In this document: one piece after another, positions 12,669-25,103 of the stretch
How the letters are laid out: each line of letters opens with the position of its first letter
How positions within the stretch are numbered: position 1 is the stretch's first letter
Source: Vicugna vicugna
Lineage: Eukaryota
Assembly: GCA_013265495.1 (NCBI GenBank)
Contig: MU057989.1
Location: 248,001-312,000, forward strand
Direction of reading: 5' to 3'
Length of the DNA: 64,000 bases
The notes under the pieces: model-generated
What the model saw: only the letters and a program-made list of their open reading frames with translations
Told to the model about the DNA's origin: nothing
Databases searched by the model: none
Program-made: the position numbers and the translations under genes

Positions 12669-14319
12669 CTGTAGGGGGTGAGCTGGGTTGCAGAGGGAGC
12701 TTTTCAGCCATCCTTCAATATTTGACCAGCTTAATTTGGAGCCTAGAGAGGCAGAGAGGCGTAGGACAGACCAGCCCGGGTTGGAGGTGCTGCCACAAGA
12801 CCCACTCAGACAATGGGAGCGCCCGTAGCCGAGGTCCTCGGCCAGGAATTTTCCCTTTCTCCCTGGGCACAGTTAGCAAGTGCCTGATCACTTGTCTTCG
12901 GCGGTTGGCTTCCCCCCAGTCCTGGGCTGAGTCGACGGGTCCGGTCAGTCCACCTGGGGGAACGTGGCGCCTGCCTTCGGCTCCCCAGTGGGTACAGCCA
13001 GCCCACGTCACAGCAAGTCCTGCGACCCTCCGTAATGCCCCCATTGCCACAGATCTGCCTGTGCTCCCCGGCACTAGGCTCCCTGGCAAGGACCAACCAC
13101 ATCCACTGAAGACTTTCTTCCAGCACCCTAATCCCCCATCCCACATCCGAGGCCTGGACCTCCCCCTCTTTCTCCCTCTAAACTGAAATTAACCTCTTAA
13201 ATCTGTCCTGGCAGTCTGCACCCCATGCCTCCCTCCCTGCAACTCACCACTCGGGGTCCCCACTACAGAGGTGAAGATGCTGGGGGGATTCTCTGAGGGC
13301 CCCAGGACCAGAGTCAGCCTCCTCCAACCTGGGGAAGGACTCCGGGAAAATGGAACAGGAAGTTCCCTTCCCCAGTTTCATCCAGGTGGAGAGGGGGGTT
13401 TCCTAGAGTTAACCCTTAACCTCCCAGTTTGGGTTGGGGGTGGGGAGAGGGCGGGCCAGAGAAATTAAGACAAAGCGGCAGATCCAGACTCCTACCAGGC
13501 TTATATTTAAATAAGAGTCCAACTCTGCCTCCAAATAAGAGCTGCCCACCTCCTAATAGGGACTGGCCCTGTGTTCCTTGGGGGCCTGTCTGCCTGAATT
13601 TTTGGGAGGGACAAGAGCTGCCATTTAAAAATGCCTGCTGTGTGCCCAACTCCTTGCTAGGCATTTCGTTCATGTGGCAAATCTTTGCCAAGGGCCTGCT
13701 GTAAGCCAGGCAGGGTTGTAGGTGCTGAGAATGCTGAGGTACAGTCCCTGACCTCAGGGGGCTTACATGCTCCGGTTCAGGAGCAAACCACAGGAATGGT
13801 GGGTTTTAAGAAAACAAAACAGTACTGTGAGATGCGGGAAGAGAGGGCATTGGTCAACACTGCCGCCTAAAATCCTCCCAAGAATCCTTTGAAGTGGCTT
13901 TTGTCCCAGCTTTACCAAGGACGAAGCAGGGACTCCCAGGAGGGGAAGTGACCTCATCGCCAGCCTTCGGTCCAACTCTAACTCCAAAATCAAGCCTATC
14001 CCTTTGCTCTAAAGGGCCTTATTGGATCATGCCCTTGGCCCCAGAGGGAATGGCGCTCCCCACTGGGGAGTCCGCAGTGCGCCAATGAGCGTTAAGGGCA
14101 CCTCCTGTTTGAGGGACCCGGGGCCATATGCTTGGTGGCTGCCCCTCGGCCCACGCCCGTCGGTCCGTCAGGCCGGACCCTGCGCTTGCCCTGGCTCCTT
14201 GCCTGGGTCTTGTCACTTGCACTTAACAGCACCTGGGCTTATCTTGTCCCTTTATCTTAATTGTCTAGTATGCATCTCACTGGGGCAAGGCTCCCTGCGG
14301 ACAATGGTCCGTTTCCCTC

Positions 14320-14940
14320 TCCTACTCTGATCCTCCGCGCCTAGCCTGGCGCCTGGCAAGTGTCTGGACAGAAGAAATGACTGAGGAGCAGCTGGGCAGA
14401 GAGCACCTCCCTCCTAGGTTTGCTGGGAACCGCACACCTGGCGCTCCACCGCAGGGACTCTCTCCACCAAGGTCGCAGTCCGGGTCTGCTGGGCACCCTC
14501 CAACCCGGCGCTGGGCCAGGAAACCTACCTGGGGCAAGACTTTGATCCGCCCCCACCCTCCATGGACGTGGAGAGGAAACCCCGCCCCTGGGCGTGGCTG
14601 GGAGGCGGGGCCGAGGTTCTGCACCCCAGTACCTAGGCTGGACCGCCCCACCCCCACCCCTGCCACTGCCGCCCCTGCCCCTGCCTCCGGGAGTGACTCG
14701 CGCACCTATGGCTGTGGCCTTGGAAGCCGAGGCCGCCGTCTGAGCCCTGGGAGTGGGGGCAACTGGACCGGAAGCAGCGGGCACTGTATGGACTCGATGG
14801 GGTGAAATGCAGGAATATGGCCTCCTCAGGTAAGGATCCAACTTGGTGGTCTCGGCGCCTGGAGCGTCCGGGAATAGAGCCTGGACGGGGGGAGATGACT
14901 GGGACACTGACTTCAAGGCCTCCGACTCAGGTGCGCACTT
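14320..14940 (-). promoter_or_regulatory. CpG-rich region, probable ZSCAN10 promoter and non-coding exon 1
   Basis: GC boxes, CCGGAAG, and a minus-strand donor AG|GTGCG at about 14706; candidate exon-2 acceptor at about 9415. Confidence 0.5.
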
Positions 14941-16850
14941 TTCCTGGAATTATGTCAGAAAAGCAGAGACCAAGCCGACCCAAGAATCAGAAACAGCTTC
15001 CAGGCAGAAAGGTAGGTGCCTAGAGTGACACAAGACCAACACTAGCTTTTGGCCTCCTTCATCTCTAACCCTCCGCCGGGCATGGGCGTTGGCTAATATC
15101 CCTGCTCCTCGCCCATTCGTTCATTCATTAAGGAAATATTTGCATCCCCCATGTGTGTCAGGGCGCTGTCCCCGAGCCCAAGGACACAGTACTGATTAGA
15201 AAGGACAAGTGCTTCCCCCATGAGGCTTACAGTCTGGGCAGGACCAGATCACATTGGCAGGGATTCCTTTTAACTTTCATTAACTAAAATTGGAAAAAAA
15301 AAAGTTACTGAACATTTAAGCCCCTTCAAATTCTTCCTGATCTTTGAAAATACACTCCTGTCTCCCAGAATGTTATCCACGAATAGACAAAAATTCTTGC
15401 GAGGTCGTTGGATTGTTACTTTACTCCAATTAGTAAATAATAAACTTGTCCCCAAGGGACTTTCAATATAAATCTACCTGGCTTGGGGTGTATTTCAATA
15501 TCTCCTCGAATTATCTTGAAAAATGCACACTTCAACTATTATAGTTGTCACATAAATTTTTTTGTAAGTCATTGGTGTCCAAAAAACAAACCCCCAAACC
15601 ATAAACTATTTATGTAAAATCAATAAAACTTGATTATGACTGTAAAAAAACCAAACCCCAACTTACTGTTTGTTCAATAAATATGAAAATAAAAAATTAG
15701 GTCTAGTATTATCCAGATCAGCAAAAGCACCCGAAAATACTGACTGATGGGGTCTTCATCTTTTCTCTTATCTCTTCAGTGATTGCAACAGAAAAATGAA
15801 TTTCATTGTATTTTCAGTTTCCATAGGATTCCTCCACTTGGGATAATTCAGAGTAAAAGGCAAAATCCTTCTTCTGCTCTGGGAAGAATTACTATTAAAA
15901 ATGCTATGATTCCTTGATTAGCCTCTGGTTAACCCAGCAGCTTAAGTGCCTGTCTCTATACTGCATTGGTAACATCTTTTCCTGCAGCTGTAAGCCCAGC
16001 TTTTTCCTCTGGGTGGTTGCAATCTTGAAGGAGCAATTGCAGAGTGTTTATGGCACAGCCAGACCTCTTACTGAGGACCAGCCTTGGTTCAGAAGCACCG
16101 AGAATTTTGATGAGAACCAGAGTGAGCACTGCACCTGTCCGGGTCTTTCATCAATGTCTGTAACTAGCTGTCCCCCAGACTTTTCATCTTGTCCCTTTGG
16201 CAGGAGCCAGCCATTGGCTCTGCAAGCCCCAGATGCAGTCTTGGCTTTGCCATTTGCTGCTGTGCGACTTGGGCAAATCATTTAATTGCATCCCTTTGCT
16301 CTGTTGCTCCAAGCTCTTCTGTGGCTTCCTACTGCACTTAGAACTAAACCCAGACAGCTCAGCCTGGGGCTCATCCCACAGCCCTTTTCTACCATGGATC
16401 TTGTCTTCTGTCCTCTTTTTCCTTTGCCTTCTAATTCCTGAAAGCGCCAATCTGATGACACCTCCCTGGCCTGGCCTGGAATGGATGCTTTCACTCCCAC
16501 TCTTCTTTTGCCAGTTCCTCTTCACTATTTTTTTTCCCCCTCAAATGAGTTGGTTTAATTCCGGGTGATACAGGATTCAGGACAAAGAACAAAACCTTAA
16601 GAACACACTTTGACAGGATTCTGGGCTGGATTTACTCTGATCTCACAGCTAAGGCTAAAATGTCTGAGAACTGAAGAGAAGGTGAACTACCATTTTTTAT
16701 TTTTTTAACCTAAGTTTATCCTTAAATGTACAATAGGTCCCAAGACATTGTAGCTATAGTCACTGGGAATCCAGATGTTTAAACATGCATGGAATTAAGG
16801 ATCATCATTGCCTCAGGCACTAGGAATAGATTACTTTTTGCCAGATTTCT

Positions 16851-17530
16851 TTAAAAAAAAATTTTTATTGAAGTATTGTCAGTTTACAATGTTGTATCAA
16901 TTTCTGGTATACAGCATAATGTTTCAGTCATACATGTACATGCATATATTCCTTTTCATATTTTTCATGATAGGTTACTACAAGATATTGAATATAGTTC
17001 CCTGTTCTATACAGTAGAAACTTATTTATGTATTTTATATATAGTAGTTAGGATCTGCAAATCTCGAACTCCCAATTTATTCCTTCCCACCCCCTTCCCC
17101 CACTGGTAACCATAGATTGTTTACTATGTCTGTGAGTCTGTTTCTGTTTTGTAAATAAGTTCATTTGTGTCTTTTTCTTTTTTTTTTTTAGGTTCCACAT
17201 ATAAGTGATATCATATGGTATTTTTTTCTTTCTCTTTCTGGCTTCACTTAGAATGATGATCTCCAGGTCTATCCATGTTGCTGCAAATGGCATTATTTTA
17301 TTCTTTTTTATGGCTGAGTAGTATTCCATTGAAGAAATATACCACAGCTTCTTTATCCAGTCATCTTTGTGGATGGACATTTAGGCTGCTTCCATGTCTT
17401 GGCTATTGTAAACAGTGCTGCTATGAACTTTAGGGTGCCATATATTTTCGAATTAGAGTTTTCTCTAAATACATGTCCAGGAGTGGGACTGCTAGATCAT
17501 ATGGTAAGTCTATTTTTAGTTTTTTAAGGA
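16851..17530 (-). mobile_element. 5'-truncated LINE-1 (ORF2 C-terminus plus 3' UTR)
   Basis: ORF 17048-17380 encodes WIKKLWYISSMEYYSAIKKNKIMPFAATWIDLEIIILSE, the characteristic L1 ORF2 C-terminus. Confidence 0.92.
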
Positions 17531-17909
17531 GCTGTCCACTCTTTAAAATGTTCTCTCTGTGCACTCTTGTTTTCTTTATAGCACTTCTCACAGTCTGTGA
17601 TTCACTCACTGATTTTTTGTTTACTTTGCTTCCTTCTGTCTTCCCCTACTGGGCTGTAAGCCACCATGTCTCTGCAGTTCATTGGTCCCCAGCTTGACCT
17701 CTTAGTGGCTTTATTGTCACATTTATTTATTTGAACTCTATTAGCTTCTGGGACCCACAATCTTCAGTGTTTTTTGTTTTTTGTTTATTTTCTTTCTCTA
17801 CTTTTCCAGTTGTCTCCTCACAGTCTTCACCAAGTCCTCTTCCTCTACCAGACAGTTAAGTGTTGGGACCCTGCAAGGGCTCTGGCCTAGAGGGCCTCTT
17901 CTCACTCCA

Positions 17910-18315
17910 TTGCCATTGAGCCTAGGCTGGATTTAGTGATTGCTTCTAATAAACAGAATCCAGTAGTAGTGATGGGGTGTCACTTCCGAAATTAGGTGGT
18001 AACCAGGCTGTGGCTTTGTCCTGGGGGCCCTGTTATGTGCCCTCTCTCTCTTGCTTGCTTACCCTGGGCCAGACACATCTGTGGAGAGGCCCATGGGGTG
18101 AGGGGCCAAGGCCAACCAACTTGGATCCCCTGCCCCCCAGTTAAGCCTTAAGATGAGACCACAGCCCCAGCTAACAACTTGACTACAACACTTGACCTTG
18201 TGCTAGAGGCACTCAGGTAAGCCCTGTTGGGTACCGAAATTGTGAGATAATAAGAATTTATCGTAAGCTGCAATGTTTTGGGATTATTTGTTATGCAGCA
18301 ATAGATAACTAATAC
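17910..18315 (+). mobile_element. MaLR (MLT1-like) LTR
   Basis: Typical MLT1 3' end tgtgagataataa...ttgttatgcagcaatagataactaataca. Confidence 0.7.
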
Positions 18316-20419
18316 ACCTCCCTCAGTGGTTTTGTAGCTGCTGTGGCCTCAATAATATTCTCAGTGCCAATAGCCTTGTGTTTGTATTTTGCTTCTCAAC
18401 TCTTTATCTACTTGACATTACTACTTAGATTTCTCATAAATACCTCAATGTCTTCATGTTCAAAACCAAATGCACCTAGCCACTTAAACACTGGCTTTGC
18501 TGCCATTCATTGCAGTATCCCCACTGCCCAGCACATAACAAACACTCATTAAATGTGGATTGACTGAATATTCCATGTCAAACCCGAGTCTTTCTTGGTA
18601 TTCTTTATTTCAGTAAATGTAATACAATCCAGTCTGTTGCTCAAGCCAGATACTTGGATTTATCCTTGACCCTCTTGCTTTACTTCATCCTTACATCTCA
18701 TCAGTCTCCCAGTTCCATAGGTCTGGTAGCCTAAATATTTTTCAAATCTGTTTCTCGGACCCTCACTGCCACTACCAAGTCGAGATCACCATCATCTCTT
18801 TCCTGGATCATAGAAATAACCTAACTGGTATCTCTTCTTTCACTCTCTTTTTTTTTTAAGTAAACTTTTAGGTGTAACATACAGAATTGTGCACAAACCA
18901 AAAATGAAGAGCCTGATGTATTTTAACCAAGGGAAAACAGCCCTTTAGCTTCCTAATTAACATTCCAAAGAAATCAGAATTTACTGTTGCTCTCGGGACT
19001 ACTCTGGTGCCCTCTTCTGGTCACTTCTTCTCCCCCATAATCTCTATCCTGACTTGCAACTGTAACAGATTTGTTTTTGAACTTCGTGTAAGTGAAGTCA
19101 CACAATAAAAACTCTCATCTGACCTTACTCACTCTACAGTGGGGGACTCAACCACACGTTGCTTATTCCCTGAATGGTATTCACTGTTGTGATATTTACT
19201 TGTACTGTGGCTAGTTTTCAGTTTGGGGCCACATTTAGTAGTTCTTGTATGTCTCTGGTGACCATATATGTGCATTGCTGTGGGGTTCATGCCCAGCAGT
19301 GAATCGCTGTGTCAGAGGGTAGGTGATGCCCAGCTTCAGAAGATTCTGCCACACTTGTCTAGAGAGCTTGTACCATTTCCCTTCCCACCATCTGCTGACT
19401 CATCTTATGCATTTCTTGCCCCAGTCCTAAGATCAGTCCTTTCTCCATGGAGCCCTGATTCCTGCCATTATCTGATTCTTTTTCACATTATAAAGCATTC
19501 ACAAAAATAGAATTTTTAAAAGGATGAGAGAAAGTGAAACTAAAGGAAGTTCTACAGTTTTTTTTTTCCACATCCAATGGAGTAAAAAGAATAGAAAAGA
19601 TATCTGTGAAAGCCCACACGACGTGTAAAGGAGGGAGTTGGAGAGCTGATGGCAGGGGACAGAGACTGCAACAGGAGGAAGGAGGGGAAAACGTTAGCTG
19701 AAAAGGACATCAAGGGGGGGTGCCTGAGTGCCACTGTCATCTGCTCCCAGGAGGGGCCTCCAGTAGGGGTCCTCTGATGCTGAGCCAGTCCGGATGCCTC
19801 CTGAGTACCCCAGTTCCCACCTGCTTCAGTGTCGTTAGCTTTTGTAAGTGATTGTAGCCTGAAACTCTACCCAAGACTAGGGGACACTTCAGGTATCAGA
19901 TAGCAGGAAGTGGCAGCAGCAACAGCGAAGGGTATTTTAGGTTGATGACAGTGTCCTTGTTTCATAAAAATGCAGCAACTTCTAAACGGAATGTAACTTA
20001 ATTTACTCTAATATCTACCCACAAAGAGCCAGATGGAGTTGACTCTTGAGCTTGGTTTCAATAGAGAGTCCCCTCTCTGCCTGTACTGTAAGCTGTCTTT
20101 AGCTCCCAGGTGGAGACAATGTTCTGATAGTTGGGATGTGGGTGTTTGGGGAATATATCCAGTCAACCCTACAAAGTTTCAGGGCTTTTCTGGCCTTGGT
20201 GATCACGGCTTGCCTGGTTGAGGCTGAAGCTGCCAGCCTTGACATTCACGGTAAGAAGCGCTTGGAGTTGCTGCCTAGGGAGGAGACTCCTGTCCTGGAG
20301 CTCACCCAGGGCAGGAGAGGGCCATTTCTGCCAATTTTGATGGGCAGGCTTCTGGGCCAGCATCATAGCTGAGATCCAGGAACCGGGTTTTGGGTTGGCA
20401 ACCTCTCTGGCTGCCCTGT

Positions 20420-21208
20420 GTGCAAGATCAGATGTTAGTCTTGTTCACCCACTGGAAAGGAGCAAAGGGTCCAGCTGCTGGGTAGTTCCAGTTGCCACTA
20501 GGCAAGGGCATCAAGAATTGGATGGTGAGCAGGCTCCTCGTTAGAGACTGTGATACAGCCATACAATAAAATATGCCATAGCTGAAAAACAGCAAGGCAC
20601 TGCTTGAGAATTGCAGGATGCTTGGCACATAACCATCCATCCAAACCTGCCCCAAGAGACTTGACCAAACTCTAGCATGGCTTCTAGAAGCATAAGGCTA
20701 TTAGGTTGACCCCTAAAACGCCTGCCTGGGGATGTACTCAACGCTGCCAGTAGGATGTACTATTCTAGCTAATACCTGATGCTAGGTCCCTGACCTCCCT
20801 TTCTTAGAGCATTTACTGAAAAGCTCTTATAATTGTGAATACGTGTCTCTTACAACCCAGAAGCATCTCTCACAGACCTGAGAGCCATTCCTCTGAAATG
20901 TACTCATCAGGATTGTCAAGGCCTCTATCTCCATTCTCCGTGGGAGGATAGGCTCCTGACTTCCACACCTGCCAGCCAGCAGACACACCTGATCTAATCG
21001 CTTCTTCACTGCCCAGCTCTTTGTGATTTTTCATTTTCACTTTTCTGACTCTACTGAGAGACCCCACCTCCTTATTCTCCCTTTGAAACACCCAGTCGCC
21101 TCTACACAGATCAAACGGAGCACAGCTCTTTCTCCTGCTATCTGTAGTTACAGAATAAAATCTGTTTCCACTGCTTTATAATCTCTGGCTGTATTTTGGT
21201 CTTAGACA
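20420..21208 (+). mobile_element. Solo ERV LTR-like sequence
   Basis: LTR-like composition with AATAAA near 21154 and an end at ...gaca; 5' boundary uncertain. Confidence 0.45.
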
Positions 21209-21339
21209 AGCTCCATGTTTTGTTTTGTTTTTCTCTATATGTTTTCTATACTGAAAGTCTCTAAGATGTGTGTCACACACACAGTGGGCAGGTCAGCAGC
21301 ATATAATACACTCCTATTTTTGAAACAAAACAAAACTCA

Positions 21340-22020
21340 GAATAGTTGTGTGCGGGGAGACCCTTGACCTGGGAGGCTGGACGGGTCGCTGGGCGGCAAT
21401 TCGTGCTCCCGGGTCCCCCGGCACCAGTGCTCTAGGGCGGAGGGCCATCGTGCAGACAGCCTCAGTTTCCCCACGGGAACGCCGACTCGAGGGCTCCCGG
21501 GGCTCTTCCCCGCAGTCCTCACCGCCCCCGTTGCCCCCAGTGTCCGGGCGCCACGAAAAGGCGGGAAAACCGGAAGTTGGAATGAGGCAGCCGGACGAGA
21601 AATGCGGGCGCACTGGCAGGGTCAGGCTGCACCGGTGTGACCCTCCCACCTCGAAGGGGCTGCCTCTCAGGGGCGCGGACGGGAGCGCGCAGGTAAGGGC
21701 GGCAGAGCGGTACCCTGGTGGGGCGGGGCCATCGAGGCGACAGCCAATCACCAGCGTCTCCAGTGGGTGCGCTGACGGGCCGGGGCGGGGCAGAGTCGTT
21801 GCCTGGGCGACGCACTCCCAGCGTCGGAGTTCTGTGGGCGGCGGATCTGGGCGGCACCGACGACCGTACGCTGGGCTCCTGGGCCTCCAGTGGCTCCGAA
21901 CGCGTCCCGGCTGCCGCCGCCTCGCATCAGGGAACGGGGCCGCGGGGTTTCCTCCACGGCCCCGGGGGTGAGAGGGCCGCCGCCCGCGTGAGCTCTCACG
22001 ACTTGGTCTCCAGCGGCCCT
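21340..22020. promoter_or_regulatory. CpG island promoter upstream of ZNF205
   Basis: High CpG density; ETS CCGGAAGT 21570-21577, CCAAT 21744-21748, GC boxes, strong donor AG|GTAAGG at 21693. Confidence 0.7.
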
Positions 22021-24239
22021 GAGAGTTCTTAGTTATTTTTCCTTCTTTAAAAATTTTCTATTTCTGGGGCCCCAACTACCTAACACACTGGCTTCCTTTT
22101 CTTCTTTTTCAATGGTTACCATCTGCTCTGCGGTTTACTCGATTATTCTATTTTTCTTGGCTTCTCATTCCTTTATTTGCCCCTGATCATCTCTCCTTCC
22201 TAAGGTTAAATCTCTGCATTGTCCTGTCTCCAGCCTGGCTTAACCGTCTTATTTAGTACACGTTTGTTTTTGTTTTTCTTACTTCAGATGATTCTTTCTA
22301 GTTTTTATTATTCTGGGTGTTTTGGTGAGGTCCTCTTTAAGACCCGAGTCAGCTTGCAGGCCAGTCTGAGGATACATCATGATTTATTTACTAAAGGTGG
22401 CATATTCTTACTCAAACTCACGGAAGCCGCGGGAGACCAGAGTTGACATTTGTTGAGTGTTTCCTGTGCCTAAAGCTCGTAAGTGCCTTCTTCCACGATA
22501 GTTATCTTGTGACCAGGCTCCTGAGGTAAGTACATCCCTAACCTGGTGGCCTGTGAGTGCAACATCAGATGTTTTCTGCTGGAGTTGTATGCAGTTCTTA
22601 AAATGTTTTTTTGTTTGTTTTGGTCATCAACATTCAAAAGTTAGGATATTTCACATAGAAATTGAATTTTGGGGCTTCTCTTGAAAAATCCCCAAGCTTT
22701 GGCAATACTGAGCCCCCAGCTGCCTCCTTTAAACAAAATATGGTTTCTTGAGGCCTCCAATGTCCCTCCCACTTCGGTCTTATACCCAAGACACTGGTCA
22801 TTTATTGTACTGCCTGGTTATTGAAGGCACTTAGGTTTTTGATCTCTTCTTTACTTATTGACTGTTTACGATTCTCTCTGAGTGGAAAACAGTATTGACT
22901 TGACACAACTTTGTTCATCTCTCTTTACCTTAAAGTTTAAAAGACCTGGAAATATTGACCAGAGACAAACCCCAGGGGCAGTTTTTCTTTCATCAAAGCA
23001 ATAACAGAATCAATCAGAATCCTATGACTCCTAAAACAAATTGGCCTCCAAAAGCTGAATTGCAAACTCAAAATGATGTAAGGTCCAAGTGGCAATCTGA
23101 GAGCAGGCCCTGAATGTGAGAAATATGGGTCTGGGGTTGCTAGATGTTCTGGTTTCTCAAGAAAATTGATTTTATAGGAACTCTCCTAATTTTTAAGTGT
23201 TAAAAACTAAGTTTTAAAAAAATTAAACCCTTGTGAGCACACACAGCACACCCATGGGGTGAGACAGGGGCCAGTTGTACCTGTCTTGCTGAGTGAAGTG
23301 GGTGCACCCCAGAGGACTCTAATGGGCCAAAGGTGGGGGACATGGGAATGTTTCCAGGAGGAATCTTTCCAGAATCTGACTACAGGGCTGGCCTTCACCC
23401 CTTTCCTGACATCCATCTCCTGTGCCCTGCCCAGCCCAGGAGAAATGGGTTCCCTGCCCCAGAAAGTGAAACACAGTCTCTATTCTTCCATTTGGGGTGC
23501 CTTAGTTCTCTGGGTCTGAGGGGGAAGACAGAGATTACGTGGTGGAGTATGAAGCCACCATGGAAGTCTGAGAGTTTGAGACCCAATGGGTAGCTGGGTC
23601 AGACCCCTTTGTACCTCTATCCCTAGCCTTGAGAAGGAGTTGAGGGGAGGGTGTCTGGAAAAATCAGATAAGCCCATCCATATCTTTCCAAGGTGTGAGG
23701 CATGAGGGGTAGAGGTGGATAGAAAGGAGTTCCCAGGACTCTCTGGTTCCTAAGTTTGCCCTTAAGGAGGGAGAACTCCATGCCAGTCTTGAAAGGTGGG
23801 GGGGAGGTGGGAAACAGGGGGACCTGCTGACCAGTCTGGGAGCCTTAAGTCAAATCCAAGGAGATCTCCACGGAGACACCTATAAAACCTTCAGAAGCTC
23901 TGTGTGCTGAAAAAGACCATCGTGTTCCTTCACTCAGCAAAGTGCCCTTCATTTTGTGAGGACAGCTGCAATGCTGTCTTTGAAATGTCCAATATCAAAA
24001 TCCTTCCACAAGGTGCATTTTCCCATTTTGGCGCCCTTGCTTGGCGTGTGTCACGAGTACGTATTGGGTAAAGCGATCCTGAGCCGGCAGTGCATATCTG
24101 AGAGTTACCTCCTGGCCAAGAACAGGTGCAGCCTGGCTTGGGACCCCAGACCCGGAACCCTCCAAGCTGGGAACCCTGTAGGGCAGCAGCTGCGAGGGGA
24201 ACGGGATCTGGGAGGGACTTCCTGTTGTCCCTAATCCCA

Positions 24240-24700
24240 GTCTCCACCCGGCTCCCCGCGCCCAGTGTAGGCTGCGGAGACTCCCTTCCCCGGGGGAGGG
24301 GGCCCCGCTGCCCGAGGTGTCCCCTCCACCTCCGCCTCCGCCTCCACCTCGGTGAGAGAGGGGCTGGGAGGGCACCTGGATCCCGACACCCTCGCGGGTG
24401 GCCAGCTGGCAGGAGGGGACGGGGTCAAAGGTGGAAGGCTACGGGCTGGCGGGGAGAAGGAGGCCTGGACCCGGGTTCGGGAAGAGGAAGGACATCATCT
24501 GTCCAGGACCGTGAGCAGGATGGACACCCGGCGCGGGCGGGTGGTTGCAACCGCAGGGAGGGCTGCTGAGAGCGGGCAGCTCAATTTCTGGATCCCAGGC
24601 GGGACCGAGTCAGGTCGAGCGCAGGGTGTGTGTGTGTCCTGGGCCCGGGAGACAGCGGGGCCTGGATTCTTCTGCGGAGCTGACTGTGGTGGGCGGGGCC
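24240..24700 (+). promoter_or_regulatory. CpG-rich proximal promoter / non-coding exon of ZNF205
   Basis: CpG-rich, (CCTCCR)n run and G|GTGAGA donor near 24351, under 1 kb before the ATG exon. Confidence 0.5.
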
Positions 24701-25103
24701 CCACCCAGCATCTGTTTTGTAGGATCACTGCAGATCTTCCGGCTCCTGATGACAGGAAATACAGCTTCCAACTCTCCCTGGCTTTCCCTAACCCAGTTGC
24801 TCTGAAATTCAGAGTTCTTGCTTCAGCGATAAAGGGGATAATACAAAATAGCATTCTGTCAAAGTGAGGGACCAAAAAGCAGCATAGAGAATGAGGCCGT
24901 TGGAGCGCATCTGGGAGGCTTTATTTCTGATTGGGACCAGGAATGGGTCTGGTCCTGCATGGAAATTTGGGGAGCTTGAAATGTCCAAGAGATGCTGGCT
25001 GATTTCCTCCTGTTCTTCCAGACTCCTGGCCAGAAGCTAGCGGGGGCTTGGGCAACAAGAGCAAGAAACAACTCAGCTGTGCTTTCTAGCTCTGGGATAG
25101 AAA

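Noticed and set aside
15900..16570. Cluster of ORFs that looked like a retrocopy
   Set aside because: Contains MIR- and L2-like sequence, no recognisable protein, and no poly(A) or target-site duplication.
21348..21971. 207-aa ORF in a CpG island (similar cases at 14341, 34403, 37539)
   Set aside because: Low-complexity R/G/P/A composition expected from stop-poor GC-rich DNA.
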